A DNA stretch of 48,823 bases from Nitrospinaceae bacterium (GTDB taxonomy: Bacteria; Nitrospinota; Nitrospinia; Nitrospinales; VA-1): contig JBHHVU010000018.1 of NCBI GenBank assembly GCA_046754465.1, positions 1-48,823 on the forward strand. The letters run 5' to 3'. The translations under genes were made by a program, and so were the position numbers. Shown here piece by piece: positions 8,485-18,098 of the stretch (its first letter is position 1; each line of letters starts with the position of its first letter). The notes beneath the pieces are model-generated. The model did no database searches and was not told the DNA's origin. It saw only the letters and a list, made by a program, of their open reading frames with translations.

Positions 8485-8799
8485 TCACTCCTTGTTCAGT
8501 TCCAGGGCCACGTAGGCCCCTTTGGGGGTCACGATATACTTGCCCCGGATCGGGTCCTTTTTCTTGATATCCTCCAGCTTGGCCCACCCGTTCAGTTTCG
8601 TTTGATCGTTCACCACCAGGGTGAAACGTTTTTTGGTTTTGGGATCCGTGATTGCGACCTTGCTTTTTTTAAGGATCACCTTTTTGACCATTCCGGAAAA
8701 CTCCACCGCGCCGGGTGCGTCTGCCAGGGCGGCCCCCGCCTGCGCGCAAAGAAACAACGCCAAAAAGAAAACCACCGTGAATCGTTTGGATCGGACCAT
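8485..8799 (-). CDS. Small exported beta-rich (OB-fold-like) protein
   Basis: Signal peptide ending ALA-D, Lys-rich beta strands, GGAG RBS. Confidence 0.75.
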   Translation of the reverse strand: MVRSKRFTVVFFLALFLCAQAGAALADAPGAVEFSGMVKKVILKKSKVAITDPKTKKRFTLVVNDQTKLNGWAKLEDIKKKDPIRGKYIVTPKGAYVALELNKE

Positions 8800-8880
8800 G
8801 TTCTTGCTCCCTGTAAAGGCAGAAAACGGTTGCCCGTGGTTTGGAAAAGAAAATGCCGCCGCTTGGAGACCTCCCCCCGT

Positions 8881-11064
8881 TCAAAGAGGAATCAGTTTTG
8901 CATGATTGACCGCGATTTTTTTCTTCCCATGCGGCGGCTTGAAAAATATTTCTACTTTTAAATCGTCCTCGTTCCCCGTTTTACGGATAACCACGCCTTT
9001 CCCGAAAATGGGGTGCAGCACGCGGGATCCGACCGAGTAGTTTTCTCCGTATTCCTCCGTGAGGGAGATCTCCGGCTCCGGCCGGGACCGGATGGCGTAG
9101 GAAGGGGCCGTCTCGGAAGGGGGAAAAGGATTTCCATCCGCGCAACTTTCCCTGACCAGAATTTTCTCCGGAATGGAATTCAAAAATTCCGAGGGCCGGT
9201 AGTTGAACGTGCTGCCGTAAATTCGCCGCCGGCGCGCGTTGCTGACAAACAGCATTTTTTTCGCCCGCGTGAACCCAACATAACACAGCCGCCGTTCCTC
9301 CTCGTATTCCGCGTTGTCCGACATCGAGCTGTTGTGGGGAAGCAACCCCTGCTCCATACCAATAATGAACACGGCCTGAAACTCCAACCCCTTGCAGGTG
9401 TGGAGCGTCATGAGGGGAAGGATGCCGCGGGTATCGTCCAGGGTATCGATTTCAGCCACCAGGGCGGTGGCATCCAGAAATTCCCGCAGGGTGCGGCCCT
9501 CTTTTTCCACCGCCTGTTCCACCGCCGAAATCAGTTCCTTCAGGTTTTCGATCCGGCTGCGGCTTTCGGGGGTGCCCTCCTTTTCCAGCATGGCTCCATA
9601 GCCCGTCCGGGCGATCACTTCCCTGAGTAGATCGGGGGAGGAGCCTGTTTGAGCCATCGACTTGAAGCGGTCCACTATTTCCACGAACCGGGCGATTTTG
9701 TTGGCCGCCGCCGTCGAGGTCAACCGCTTCTTTCCCACTTGCCTCAACCCCTCCAACAGGGAGATCCCCGTTTCCTGGCAGAAGGTCTCGACTTTTTCGA
9801 GCGATGTTTTACCAATGCCCCGGGGCGGAACATTGATGATGCGTTTTAAGGAAACCGAATCGTCCGGATTCAACGCCACCCGCAGGAAGGCGAGGATGTC
9901 CTTGATTTCCTTTCTCGCGTAAAACTTCAGACCGCCAAACACCTGATAGGGAATTCCCAGGCGGCGAAGGGTGTCTTCGAGAACCCGGGATTGGGCATTC
10001 GTCCGGTATAACACCGCGATTTCCTGGAACAAAAGACCCTGTTCCTGGTTCAGCTTGAGGATCCGGTCGCAGACCGTTCGCGCCTCCCCGATTTCGTCCT
10101 CCGCCCGGAAATAAACCACCGGTCCGCCTTCCTCGTTCCGGGTCCATAATGTTTTCGGTTTGCGGTTGGGATTTTGTTCCACCACACCGCCGGCCGCTCT
10201 CAGGATGTTTTGCGTGGATCGATAATTTTCTTCCAGCTTGATGAGCGTGGTATCGGGAAAATCCTTTTCGAACTTCAAGATATTTTCCAGGTTGGCGCCG
10301 CGCCAGCGGTAAATGCTTTGGTCGTCGTCGCCCACCACGCAAACGTTGTGATGCTTCCGGCAAAGCAGCCGGACCAGGTAGTATTGCGGGAGGTTGGTGT
10401 CTTGAAACTCATCCACCAGGACAAACCGGAACCGCTCGTTGTAATGATCCGCCACCTCCGCCACGTCTTGAAACAGGCGGACGGCCCAGATCAGCAAGTC
10501 ATCGAAATCCAGGGCATTGTTTTTCTTCAGTTCGTCCTGGTAGCGGGAGTAAATCTGTGCGGCTTTCCATTGGTTGCCGTAGGAATATTCATCCGGCCGG
10601 ACATCATCGGGCAAAAGGAATTCGTTTTTGAATCCGCTGATGTGATTGAGGATGGCCTGCGGAGGGAACCCCGCGTCCTCTCCCCGTCCCGGCTTCAAGC
10701 ACTGCTTGATCACAGACAATTGGTCGGGCGTGTCGTAAATCACGAAATCCCTGGAGTAACCCAGGGCGGAGATGTGCTGTCTCAGCACGCGCAGACAGAA
10801 AGAATGAAACGTGCTGATCCACGGTGAGGAATCGGAGGAATCCAGCATTTGGCGGACCCGTTCTTTCATTTCCCCGGCCGCTTTGTTCGTAAACGTGATC
10901 GCGAGGATTTGATGGGGGGCAACTCCCCTTTCCCGGATCAGGTAGGCGATTCGATTAGTGATCACCCGTGTCTTGCCCGACCCGGCGCCGGCCATGACCA
11001 GGAGGGGGCCTTCTCCGTGCTGGACCGCTTTCAATTGCCGCGGATTTAAGCTTTCTAAATTCAT
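8881..11064 (-). CDS. pcrA: SF1 DNA helicase PcrA/UvrD
   Basis: AGAGSGKT, TFTNKAA, VDEFQDTN, VGDDDQSIY.WRGA, LEENYRS, KGLEF, EEERRLCYVG.TRA, and a C-terminal Tudor-like domain (VGSRVLHPIFGKG). Confidence 0.95.
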   Translation of the reverse strand: MNLESLNPRQLKAVQHGEGPLLVMAGAGSGKTRVITNRIAYLIRERGVAPHQILAITFTNKAAGEMKERVRQMLDSSDSSPWISTFHSFCLRVLRQHISALGYSRDFVIYDTPDQLSVIKQCLKPGRGEDAGFPPQAILNHISGFKNEFLLPDDVRPDEYSYGNQWKAAQIYSRYQDELKKNNALDFDDLLIWAVRLFQDVAEVADHYNERFRFVLVDEFQDTNLPQYYLVRLLCRKHHNVCVVGDDDQSIYRWRGANLENILKFEKDFPDTTLIKLEENYRSTQNILRAAGGVVEQNPNRKPKTLWTRNEEGGPVVYFRAEDEIGEARTVCDRILKLNQEQGLLFQEIAVLYRTNAQSRVLEDTLRRLGIPYQVFGGLKFYARKEIKDILAFLRVALNPDDSVSLKRIINVPPRGIGKTSLEKVETFCQETGISLLEGLRQVGKKRLTSTAAANKIARFVEIVDRFKSMAQTGSSPDLLREVIARTGYGAMLEKEGTPESRSRIENLKELISAVEQAVEKEGRTLREFLDATALVAEIDTLDDTRGILPLMTLHTCKGLEFQAVFIIGMEQGLLPHNSSMSDNAEYEEERRLCYVGFTRAKKMLFVSNARRRRIYGSTFNYRPSEFLNSIPEKILVRESCADGNPFPPSETAPSYAIRSRPEPEISLTEEYGENYSVGSRVLHPIFGKGVVIRKTGNEDDLKVEIFFKPPHGKKKIAVNHAKLIPL

Positions 11065-11173
11065 GAAAAAATTCCGTGGAAAACGCCGCCGATCCCGATC
11101 TGTTCCTGGATTACCGGGAATTCAATTCCTTCCCCGGGCTCCCGCGCCGTGGCACCCGGGTCCTGTGTTGTGT

Positions 11174-12310
11174 TCAAGGCAGTATAGCTCCGCCCCTTTC
11201 GGGAACTTCCTCCAACACCACCTCCAGGCTTAGGGTTTTGCCTCCGCGCACCAGTGTTACCTGGACTTTTTTCCCGGGCGGTGTCAGGGCAATGAGTTTG
11301 GGAAGTTCACGCGAATTTTTTATGGCCTGGCCGTCGATATTGATGATCACATCGTTGGCCTTGATCCCCGCCCGGTAGGCGGGGCTGCCCGCGACCACTT
11401 CCCGCACTAGGGATCCCTGGTCCACCTTGAGATGCAACGATTCCTTGACGGCCAGGGTGATGTCCTGGACCGTCACTCCCAGCCAGCTGCGGACCACGCG
11501 TCCTTTTTCCCTGAGTTGGGGAATAATTTTTTTCACCAGATCAATGGGCAGCGAAAACCCGAGTCCCTGCCCTTGGGCCAAAACGGCGGTATTGATTCCC
11601 ACCACCTCTCCCTGAATGTTGATGAGGGGCCCGCCGCTGTTTCCCGGGTTGATCGGTGCGTCGGTCTGAATAAAGTCATCAAACGGGTTGGCTCCCAGGG
11701 ATCGGCCTTTTCCGCTCACGATTCCCGCGGTGACGGTCAGGTCAAGCCCAAATGGGCTACCAATCGCCAGGACCCATTCTCCCGGCTTTAATTTGTCCGA
11801 GCTGCCAAGGGGCAGGACCGGCAAATCATACGTCACGTCGATTTTGATGAGCGCCACGTCGGTCACCGGGTCCATTCCGACCGGTTTCCCCTTGAACAGT
11901 TTTCCGTCGAAAAGCGCGACCTGAACCTCGTCGGAACCGATCACGACATGGGCGTTGGTCAGGATATATCCGTCCTTGGAAATTATAAAGCCGGACCCTT
12001 CGCCCCGTTCGAACAAATCCCCGGAGGGAGATTGATCGGGCGCTCTGGGGCCCCCGAAGGGATAGTCCCCATAGTAACGCCTGTTGCCCATCTGCAGGGA
12101 ACGGATGTTGACCACGGCGGGACTCAATTCTTCCGCGAGACGGCTGAACAGGCCACCGTCAATTATAACTTTGTTCGTGGGCGATGTTTCCTTTTTCTCC
12201 GTCCATAATTTTGGGGAATCCGAGTGGCTCTGAGCCACCGTCCCGAAGAAAATCAGGGCCAAAATCAATACGGGTACAATTCCTCGTCTCAGCAATTTTG
12301 TGTTTTTCAT
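11174..12310 (-). CDS. HtrA/DegP-family serine protease with a single PDZ domain
   Basis: Signal peptide, GSGFII, LTNAHV, TDVAL, QTDAPINPGNSGGPL, WLGV PDZ. Confidence 0.93.
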   Translation of the reverse strand: MKNTKLLRRGIVPVLILALIFFGTVAQSHSDSPKLWTEKKETSPTNKVIIDGGLFSRLAEELSPAVVNIRSLQMGNRRYYGDYPFGGPRAPDQSPSGDLFERGEGSGFIISKDGYILTNAHVVIGSDEVQVALFDGKLFKGKPVGMDPVTDVALIKIDVTYDLPVLPLGSSDKLKPGEWVLAIGSPFGLDLTVTAGIVSGKGRSLGANPFDDFIQTDAPINPGNSGGPLINIQGEVVGINTAVLAQGQGLGFSLPIDLVKKIIPQLREKGRVVRSWLGVTVQDITLAVKESLHLKVDQGSLVREVVAGSPAYRAGIKANDVIINIDGQAIKNSRELPKLIALTPPGKKVQVTLVRGGKTLSLEVVLEEVPERGGAILP

Positions 12311-12453
12311 AATTCGGGTCCCCGTTTGGGTTCGTAATAGGGTTCCACTTGATTATTCAAAATAAAAATTGATTTTGGATTAAAGAGGAATTAAAAAATT
12401 TTAATCGTTCCTTCACTCAGTCTATAAGAACCCCGGGTGCTGTCCCAATCGGA

Positions 12454-13608
12454 TCAGGGCTGTAGGGTCATAAAATATTCGAACCGGTTTAGTTCAATCT
12501 TATGGATGTCGATGGGTTTGCTGACTTCGCCTTCCCTGTCGAAGCGGATTTTTCCGGTCACGCCGTCAAATTCATTTTTGTGCAGGAAGCGGCGTATTTG
12601 GTCCGGTGTGCGGGCGCCGTGTGCCATCGCGTCCAGAATCACCTCCGCCGCGTCAAAATAATAGGCCGCATAGACATTGGGTTGATGTCCGTACCTTTTT
12701 TGAAACGCTTTTACAAACTCCCGCACGCGTGGCTTGGTAGATCGGGGCCGCCACGAGGTGGAGGTGGTGTAGATCTCCAGCGGGCTGTCCTTGACGAGTT
12801 CGGCCAGTTTGCTGCTGAACATACCATCTCCCCCTATGAAGGGAAGATAGATTTCCATCTCCCCCGCCTGTTTCAGCGCCCTTCCGGCTTCCATCGGGTA
12901 GGCGGTCAGGAACACGCAATGGGGATGGACTTCCTTTATTTTTTCCAGGGCGGACCGGAAATCCGTCTCTCCCCGTGGGAAGGAAAAGGTGGAGACGATT
13001 TTTGCCCCCATCCGTGAAAACTCCTTCACCAACACCTGCTTGAGACCCACCCCATATTCATCGTTCATGAAAAGGACCGCGGCTTTCCGTGCCCGCAGCA
13101 TTTCGTAGGCGAACCGGGCGATGGCTTTGCCGTGGTAGGTGTCCGGTGATACGGTTCGAAATACGAAGTCTCCGGCATTTCTGATTTTGGGACTGGTGGC
13201 GCTTCCCGATATCAAGATGACCTTTTCCCGGTTGACCAGGGGAGCCACGGCCAAAAAAACGGAAGAGGAGAACGGTCCGATGATCGCCGTCACCCGGTCG
13301 CGGGTCAGGAGTTTTCGGGCCGCGCGGACTCCCGCCGCCGTCTCCATCCGGTCATCCTCGTAAACCACGCGGAGGGTGATTCCCTGCTCCGTTAACTCGT
13401 GAGTTTTCCGCTTAACGGCCAGTTGCACCGCTCTTTGCGCCGCCCGTCCATTGACCGCGTTGCTGCCGGAAAGGGGAAGAATGGCGCCGAGGGTGATTCC
13501 CGCGGAATCCGGTATGGCCCGGACCGGGGACGGAGCGGAAAAAATCAACGCGCAGAATATCCCACCGGTCCAGCCCAAGCAGGCGATAAATTTGGCCAGG
13601 TGTCTCAT
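12454..13608 (-). CDS. LivJ/LivK-type periplasmic ligand-binding protein (orphan)
   Basis: GAILPLSG, EDD, IIGPFSS, ATSP, FRT, DEYG.G, FDGVTG.I.FD. GGAG RBS before ATG 13608. Confidence 0.85.
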   Translation of the reverse strand: MRHLAKFIACLGWTGGIFCALIFSAPSPVRAIPDSAGITLGAILPLSGSNAVNGRAAQRAVQLAVKRKTHELTEQGITLRVVYEDDRMETAAGVRAARKLLTRDRVTAIIGPFSSSVFLAVAPLVNREKVILISGSATSPKIRNAGDFVFRTVSPDTYHGKAIARFAYEMLRARKAAVLFMNDEYGVGLKQVLVKEFSRMGAKIVSTFSFPRGETDFRSALEKIKEVHPHCVFLTAYPMEAGRALKQAGEMEIYLPFIGGDGMFSSKLAELVKDSPLEIYTTSTSWRPRSTKPRVREFVKAFQKRYGHQPNVYAAYYFDAAEVILDAMAHGARTPDQIRRFLHKNEFDGVTGKIRFDREGEVSKPIDIHKIELNRFEYFMTLQP

Positions 13609-13672
13609 GGTTCTCCATTGCCAATTCAATGATCGATGTCGCCGCGAAACCCCAACCCGGTTCAGCCGGGTC

Positions 13673-14620
13673 TCATAACAAATGTTCCCAGGCCACGGCG
13701 GCCAGGCTTTCGATGAAAACCGGAGAAAGGTTCATGGACTCGGTTCGGTGCAGGTCCAGGTTCCGGGTCTGGGCATACTCCTTAAACCTGATATCGATGT
13801 CGTATAAAATTTCGATATGATCGGAAACAAATCCCACCGGCACCACCAGAACCGTCCTGGGTCCAAGCCGGGCGATTTTGTCGAGGACCGATTCCACCGG
13901 CGGACCGAGCCAGGGAACGGGAATCATCCCCTGGCTTTGATAGGCCATGAACCAGCGATAGGGCCGGACCCGATCCACGATCAGGCGCACGGTTTTTTCG
14001 TACTCCTCGGCGTAGGGATCCCCTTCTTCCAGGGAAAAGGCGGGAATGCTGTGGACCGTGAAAATGGTGTACACCCGGTCCCGCCCCAGTTGGCGCAATC
14101 GGTCCAGGGCCGCCTCGTATTTTTCCACGAAAGCATCGATCAGCCGGGGGTGATCGGTCCAACTGGAAATATACCGGACCTCCAGGTCCTCCGCTCCGCA
14201 TTGGCTCAAGGCATCGCGGAACGATTTGAAATACCGCTCGGTGCTCCAGGTGCTGTATTGGGGGGCCAGGCAAAGGGCCAGCACCCTTTTCGTTCCTTCC
14301 GCCACCATTTCCCGGACCACGTCCTGGATATAGGGCCGCCAGTTTCGCATGGCATAATAAACCCGGAAGTCCTGTTTTTCCTGATTGAGGAATTTTTCCA
14401 GGGCCTGGGCCTGACCCCGGGTGATATCCAGCAGCGGGGAGCGGCCGCCGATGCACTCGTACCGTTCGCGGATGAGTTGAACCACTTCGGGAGACGATTC
14501 GGTTCCCCCGCGGATATTTTTCAGGTAGAGGGGAATATCCTCCACCGAGGTGGGGGCGCCGTGGGCCATCAGGAATAAGGCAGTGGGCGCATTGGAGACA
14601 GAGGTCACGCGATCATTCAT
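13673..14620 (-). CDS. hemH: Ferrochelatase (coproporphyrin-ferrochelatase-like)
   Basis: RY..IGG.SPL, LAPQYS, HSIP, YQSQG...PWLGP, GFVSDHIEILYDID. Confidence 0.92.
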   Translation of the reverse strand: MNDRVTSVSNAPTALFLMAHGAPTSVEDIPLYLKNIRGGTESSPEVVQLIRERYECIGGRSPLLDITRGQAQALEKFLNQEKQDFRVYYAMRNWRPYIQDVVREMVAEGTKRVLALCLAPQYSTWSTERYFKSFRDALSQCGAEDLEVRYISSWTDHPRLIDAFVEKYEAALDRLRQLGRDRVYTIFTVHSIPAFSLEEGDPYAEEYEKTVRLIVDRVRPYRWFMAYQSQGMIPVPWLGPPVESVLDKIARLGPRTVLVVPVGFVSDHIEILYDIDIRFKEYAQTRNLDLHRTESMNLSPVFIESLAAVAWEHLL

Positions 14621-15653
14621 GGCGGTATTCGTGGACCATGTCGCAAACCGCCTTAACGTGGTCCACGGGCGTGTGCTGCAATATCCCGTGTCCCAGGTTG
14701 AAGATATGCCCCGGCCTGCCGCCGGCCCGTTTCAGAATATCCCGCACCCGTTCGCGGATGATGGGAAGAGGGGCCAAAAGCGTCGAGGGGTCCAGGTTCC
14801 CCTGGATGGGCTGATCGAATCCGACCCCTTCCCATGCGGTGTCCAGGTGGACGCGCCAGTCGAAACTGATGACATCCCCGCCCGCCTGGTGGATGAGGTC
14901 CAGCATGGTCGAGGTCCCCGTGCTGAAATGGATCACCGGAACGCCCAGGGGCTTGAGTCCGTCGATCACCTTTTTCGTATAAGGCAGGACGAATCGGGCG
15001 TAATCGTAGGGGCCGATGCACCCAACCCAGCTGTCAAAAATCTGCAGCGCCTGCGCCCCGGACTTCACCTGCATCGTCAGGTAGTCGATGAGGGTGGCGC
15101 AAATTTTTTCCATGAGGAGCTCCCAGATTTCCGGAGCCTCGAACATCATCATTTTAGTGGCGGTATAATCCTTGGATTTTCCCCCTTCCACCATGTAACT
15201 GCAAAGCGTGAACGGGGCGCCGGCAAAACCGATGAGCGGGACTTTCCCGGCGATTTCCTGGCGCGCCATGCGGATGGCGTCTCCCACGAAACCCAATTGC
15301 TCCCCGGCATGGACGGGGCGTAGTTTTTCCACGGTCTTCAGGTCCTTGACGGGACGCGGCACGACCGGTCCGTCCCCCGCCGTAAATTCCAATCCGGTCC
15401 CCATGGGTTCGAGGGGCAGAAGGATGTCCGCGAAAATGATCGCCGCGTCCACCTCCAGCGCCTTCAAGGGCTGCAAGGTGATCTCCGTGGCCAGTTCCGG
15501 CGTATGGCACATCTCCAGAAACGAATATTTTTCCTTGAGATCCCGGTAGGCTTTCATGTATCGGCCGGCCTGCCGCATGAACCAGACCGGAGTGGCGTCC
15601 ACGGGTTGGCCGCGGCACGCCCTTAAAAATCGAGAATTTCCGTTTTCATTCAT
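14613..15653 (-). CDS. hemE: Uroporphyrinogen decarboxylase
   Basis: PVWFMRQAGRY, DAAIIFADIL, GFAGAPFTL, FDSW, QGNLDP, HIFNLGHG. Confidence 0.97.
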   Translation of the reverse strand: MNENGNSRFLRACRGQPVDATPVWFMRQAGRYMKAYRDLKEKYSFLEMCHTPELATEITLQPLKALEVDAAIIFADILLPLEPMGTGLEFTAGDGPVVPRPVKDLKTVEKLRPVHAGEQLGFVGDAIRMARQEIAGKVPLIGFAGAPFTLCSYMVEGGKSKDYTATKMMMFEAPEIWELLMEKICATLIDYLTMQVKSGAQALQIFDSWVGCIGPYDYARFVLPYTKKVIDGLKPLGVPVIHFSTGTSTMLDLIHQAGGDVISFDWRVHLDTAWEGVGFDQPIQGNLDPSTLLAPLPIIRERVRDILKRAGGRPGHIFNLGHGILQHTPVDHVKAVCDMVHEYRHE

Positions 15654-15772
15654 AGTTGGTTTCAGTTATAGGATGGGACACGGTTGATTATATTCCGGAT
15701 AAGGCACTGTTATCAATGTGTTTGTTTTAAGCCTTGGGGAAGGCCCCCGCCGCCGTTTCCCGCCGCCCGGTT

Positions 15773-18058
15773 TCACTCGGCCTGCGGCACGCGGGAAGAT
15801 TTAAATAATTCAAAAACTTCCCTGTTGCGGGCCGGGCCGAGGGGACCGATCAACGGCTTCCACGAGCCATGGACCCGGTTGAAACGGAGCGCCGCCAGTT
15901 TCTTTTTTTCGTCCCCCAGCTCTTTCCCGGCCGGCCGGTGTTCCAGGTACCGGGTCAGGTGGATCAGCGCAAATAAGGGTTCATTCACCGAGAGGTAGTA
16001 GTCGCCCAGAACCCTGTGGATCTCCGGGTTGCCGGGATGAATCATCAATCCGTTGTAGAAGGCTTCGAGAGCCTCTTTATATTGCCGGAGATTGCCGCGG
16101 ACCATCCCCTCCTCCAGAAAGAGAGCGTCATTGGAACGATTGACCGCGTTCAACCGGATATACTCCGGCAAGGCCCGCTCCCACTGCTGGCGGGCATAAT
16201 AGGATCGGGCCCGCTGGGGCGAAAGTCCGGTCGTTTTTTCCTGACGGACGATTTCCTCGTCCAGGCGGGCCAGTTCCCGGGTCAGGGCGGCTTTCATTGG
16301 CGGATCGGTTTCCAGGGCAAGCCATCGCTTCATCCCCGGCCATATTCGTGACGGGGGGGCTTTTTGATCGTGGTAGAGATTGACCAGGTGTTCGTAAAGA
16401 GATTTATCCGAGGGGTTGGCCGCGATGCCGAGATTCAGGATGTGGATGGCCCGCGCGTCCTCCTTCTTTTCATGAAAAATCTCCGCAAGCAGCCGGTAGG
16501 GAAACACGTGAAAAGGCGATACCGAATAAGAACGCCGCAAAATTTTTTCCGCCTCGGCGGGGTTTCCCTGTTTCAGCATGGCGGAAGCATACAGGTTGTA
16601 AGTGGTGGCCAGCAGGCCCTTGGCATGAGAATGATCTGGGTCGGTGAGCCGTTCCGCGTCCCAGCATTTCAGGGCGTATGTTTCGATCCGGTTGATGTCG
16701 AACTTTTCTTCCGTATTAAAATAGGCGACACCCAGGTTGCAATAATCCACCTGGCGGATCCGGACGACGTTCCCGGGCTCCGCGAACAGAAAAAAAAGAA
16801 CACCGGCGGCCCCGGCGGTGGCGGCGAATTTTTTGAAATCCCGCCGTTTTAAGGCATCCAGCAGGAAACTCACCGCATAGGCCGCGAAAATAATCAGGAA
16901 AGGGGCCACAATGATCCGGAACCGGGCGACAATATGAAAAAGCAGGACCGACAAGGTTAACCCGGCGGTAAAAGAGGAAAGCAGAAAGATCTTTTTTTTA
17001 TGGACTGCCGCCAAAACCATGCCTGCCAGGCCCAAGGAGGAATACAAGGCGAAATGGTTCCATAAAAAGGGCAATATCCTGGAAAGGTCCTTGTAAAGAT
17101 AAACCGAGAGGTTGGAAGGGGGTTCGAAGTCGTTTAGAAAAAAATAAATCTTTCTGAGGTAGAGCCGGATAAAACCAACGGGATCGCTCAGAATGTGATG
17201 CGTGAGGAACCGGATCACCGAACCGTATTCCATGGGATGGTTTTTCACGTATTCTTCGAGGACCTTCGGGTCGTATCCGACACCGGGATAACGGTTCAGG
17301 TTGCCGGCGATGAAGGCGGTGGGTCCGCTGGCGTCGAAGAAAACAAACCTTCCGTGAACCAGGTAACACTGAACGAGAAGGGGGATGAATGACAAGACCA
17401 GGGTCCCGGTAAAAAGCAACCAGTATTTTTTCCGGTGCGTGGAATCCAGGGAACGGAAAAGGTATTGGTGCAAATAAACGCAAACCCCGGGAAGACAGAG
17501 CAGGGTGTTGGGACGGCCCTGGAAGAACAGGGAAAGGGACAGGGTGGCGAGGACCAGCCTGGCGGGGGTCAAATCCTTTTGCAGCCGGGACAAAAGATAC
17601 AGCGACAAGATTCCCAGGAAGGTGATGAACGCCGCCCGCAGGATGATTCCTTCATATACGATTTCCGTAGCGTAAAACGCGAATCCGAGAAAAGCGAGGA
17701 GGCCCGCCCGGTGGCCAAACAAATCCGATGCGATCCGGTAAACCAGCACCGAGCCCACGGCGCCCAAGATGAACTGGATGGAATAGATGACGTAAAAATT
17801 CCTGCCGAAAAAATAATAGATGCCTCCCAGGAAATATTTGAACAAAGGGGCATAGCTGTTGTTTGGCGAGCGGGCCAGCCAGTCGCCTTGGGATAAATGG
17901 AGGGCTCCCTGGTCGAAGTTGAAGTGGTCCATGGTTTTAAGAACCACGTCGAAAAAGGGGACGCGGGACAGTTCCCAAAGATAGAAAAAGCGGACCGCCA
18001 GGGCGAGGAGGAACAGGGCGAGGAGAAGGAGGAATTCCCGTTGTCTTGATGTTTCCAT
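15773..18058 (-). CDS. Multi-TM GT-C (ArnT/PMT-like) glycosyltransferase with C-terminal TPR repeats
   Basis: LALAVR.FYL...PFF...D motif, many TM segments, RPN, ARFR...PFL, then TPR-like helices (YCNLGVAY, LGDYY). Confidence 0.75.
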   Translation of the reverse strand: METSRQREFLLLLALFLLALAVRFFYLWELSRVPFFDVVLKTMDHFNFDQGALHLSQGDWLARSPNNSYAPLFKYFLGGIYYFFGRNFYVIYSIQFILGAVGSVLVYRIASDLFGHRAGLLAFLGFAFYATEIVYEGIILRAAFITFLGILSLYLLSRLQKDLTPARLVLATLSLSLFFQGRPNTLLCLPGVCVYLHQYLFRSLDSTHRKKYWLLFTGTLVLSFIPLLVQCYLVHGRFVFFDASGPTAFIAGNLNRYPGVGYDPKVLEEYVKNHPMEYGSVIRFLTHHILSDPVGFIRLYLRKIYFFLNDFEPPSNLSVYLYKDLSRILPFLWNHFALYSSLGLAGMVLAAVHKKKIFLLSSFTAGLTLSVLLFHIVARFRIIVAPFLIIFAAYAVSFLLDALKRRDFKKFAATAGAAGVLFFLFAEPGNVVRIRQVDYCNLGVAYFNTEEKFDINRIETYALKCWDAERLTDPDHSHAKGLLATTYNLYASAMLKQGNPAEAEKILRRSYSVSPFHVFPYRLLAEIFHEKKEDARAIHILNLGIAANPSDKSLYEHLVNLYHDQKAPPSRIWPGMKRWLALETDPPMKAALTRELARLDEEIVRQEKTTGLSPQRARSYYARQQWERALPEYIRLNAVNRSNDALFLEEGMVRGNLRQYKEALEAFYNGLMIHPGNPEIHRVLGDYYLSVNEPLFALIHLTRYLEHRPAGKELGDEKKKLAALRFNRVHGSWKPLIGPLGPARNREVFELFKSSRVPQAE

Positions 18059-18098
18059 TTCAGGGGGTCATTGATTCCAGGAATCAGGGGGGGCCATT

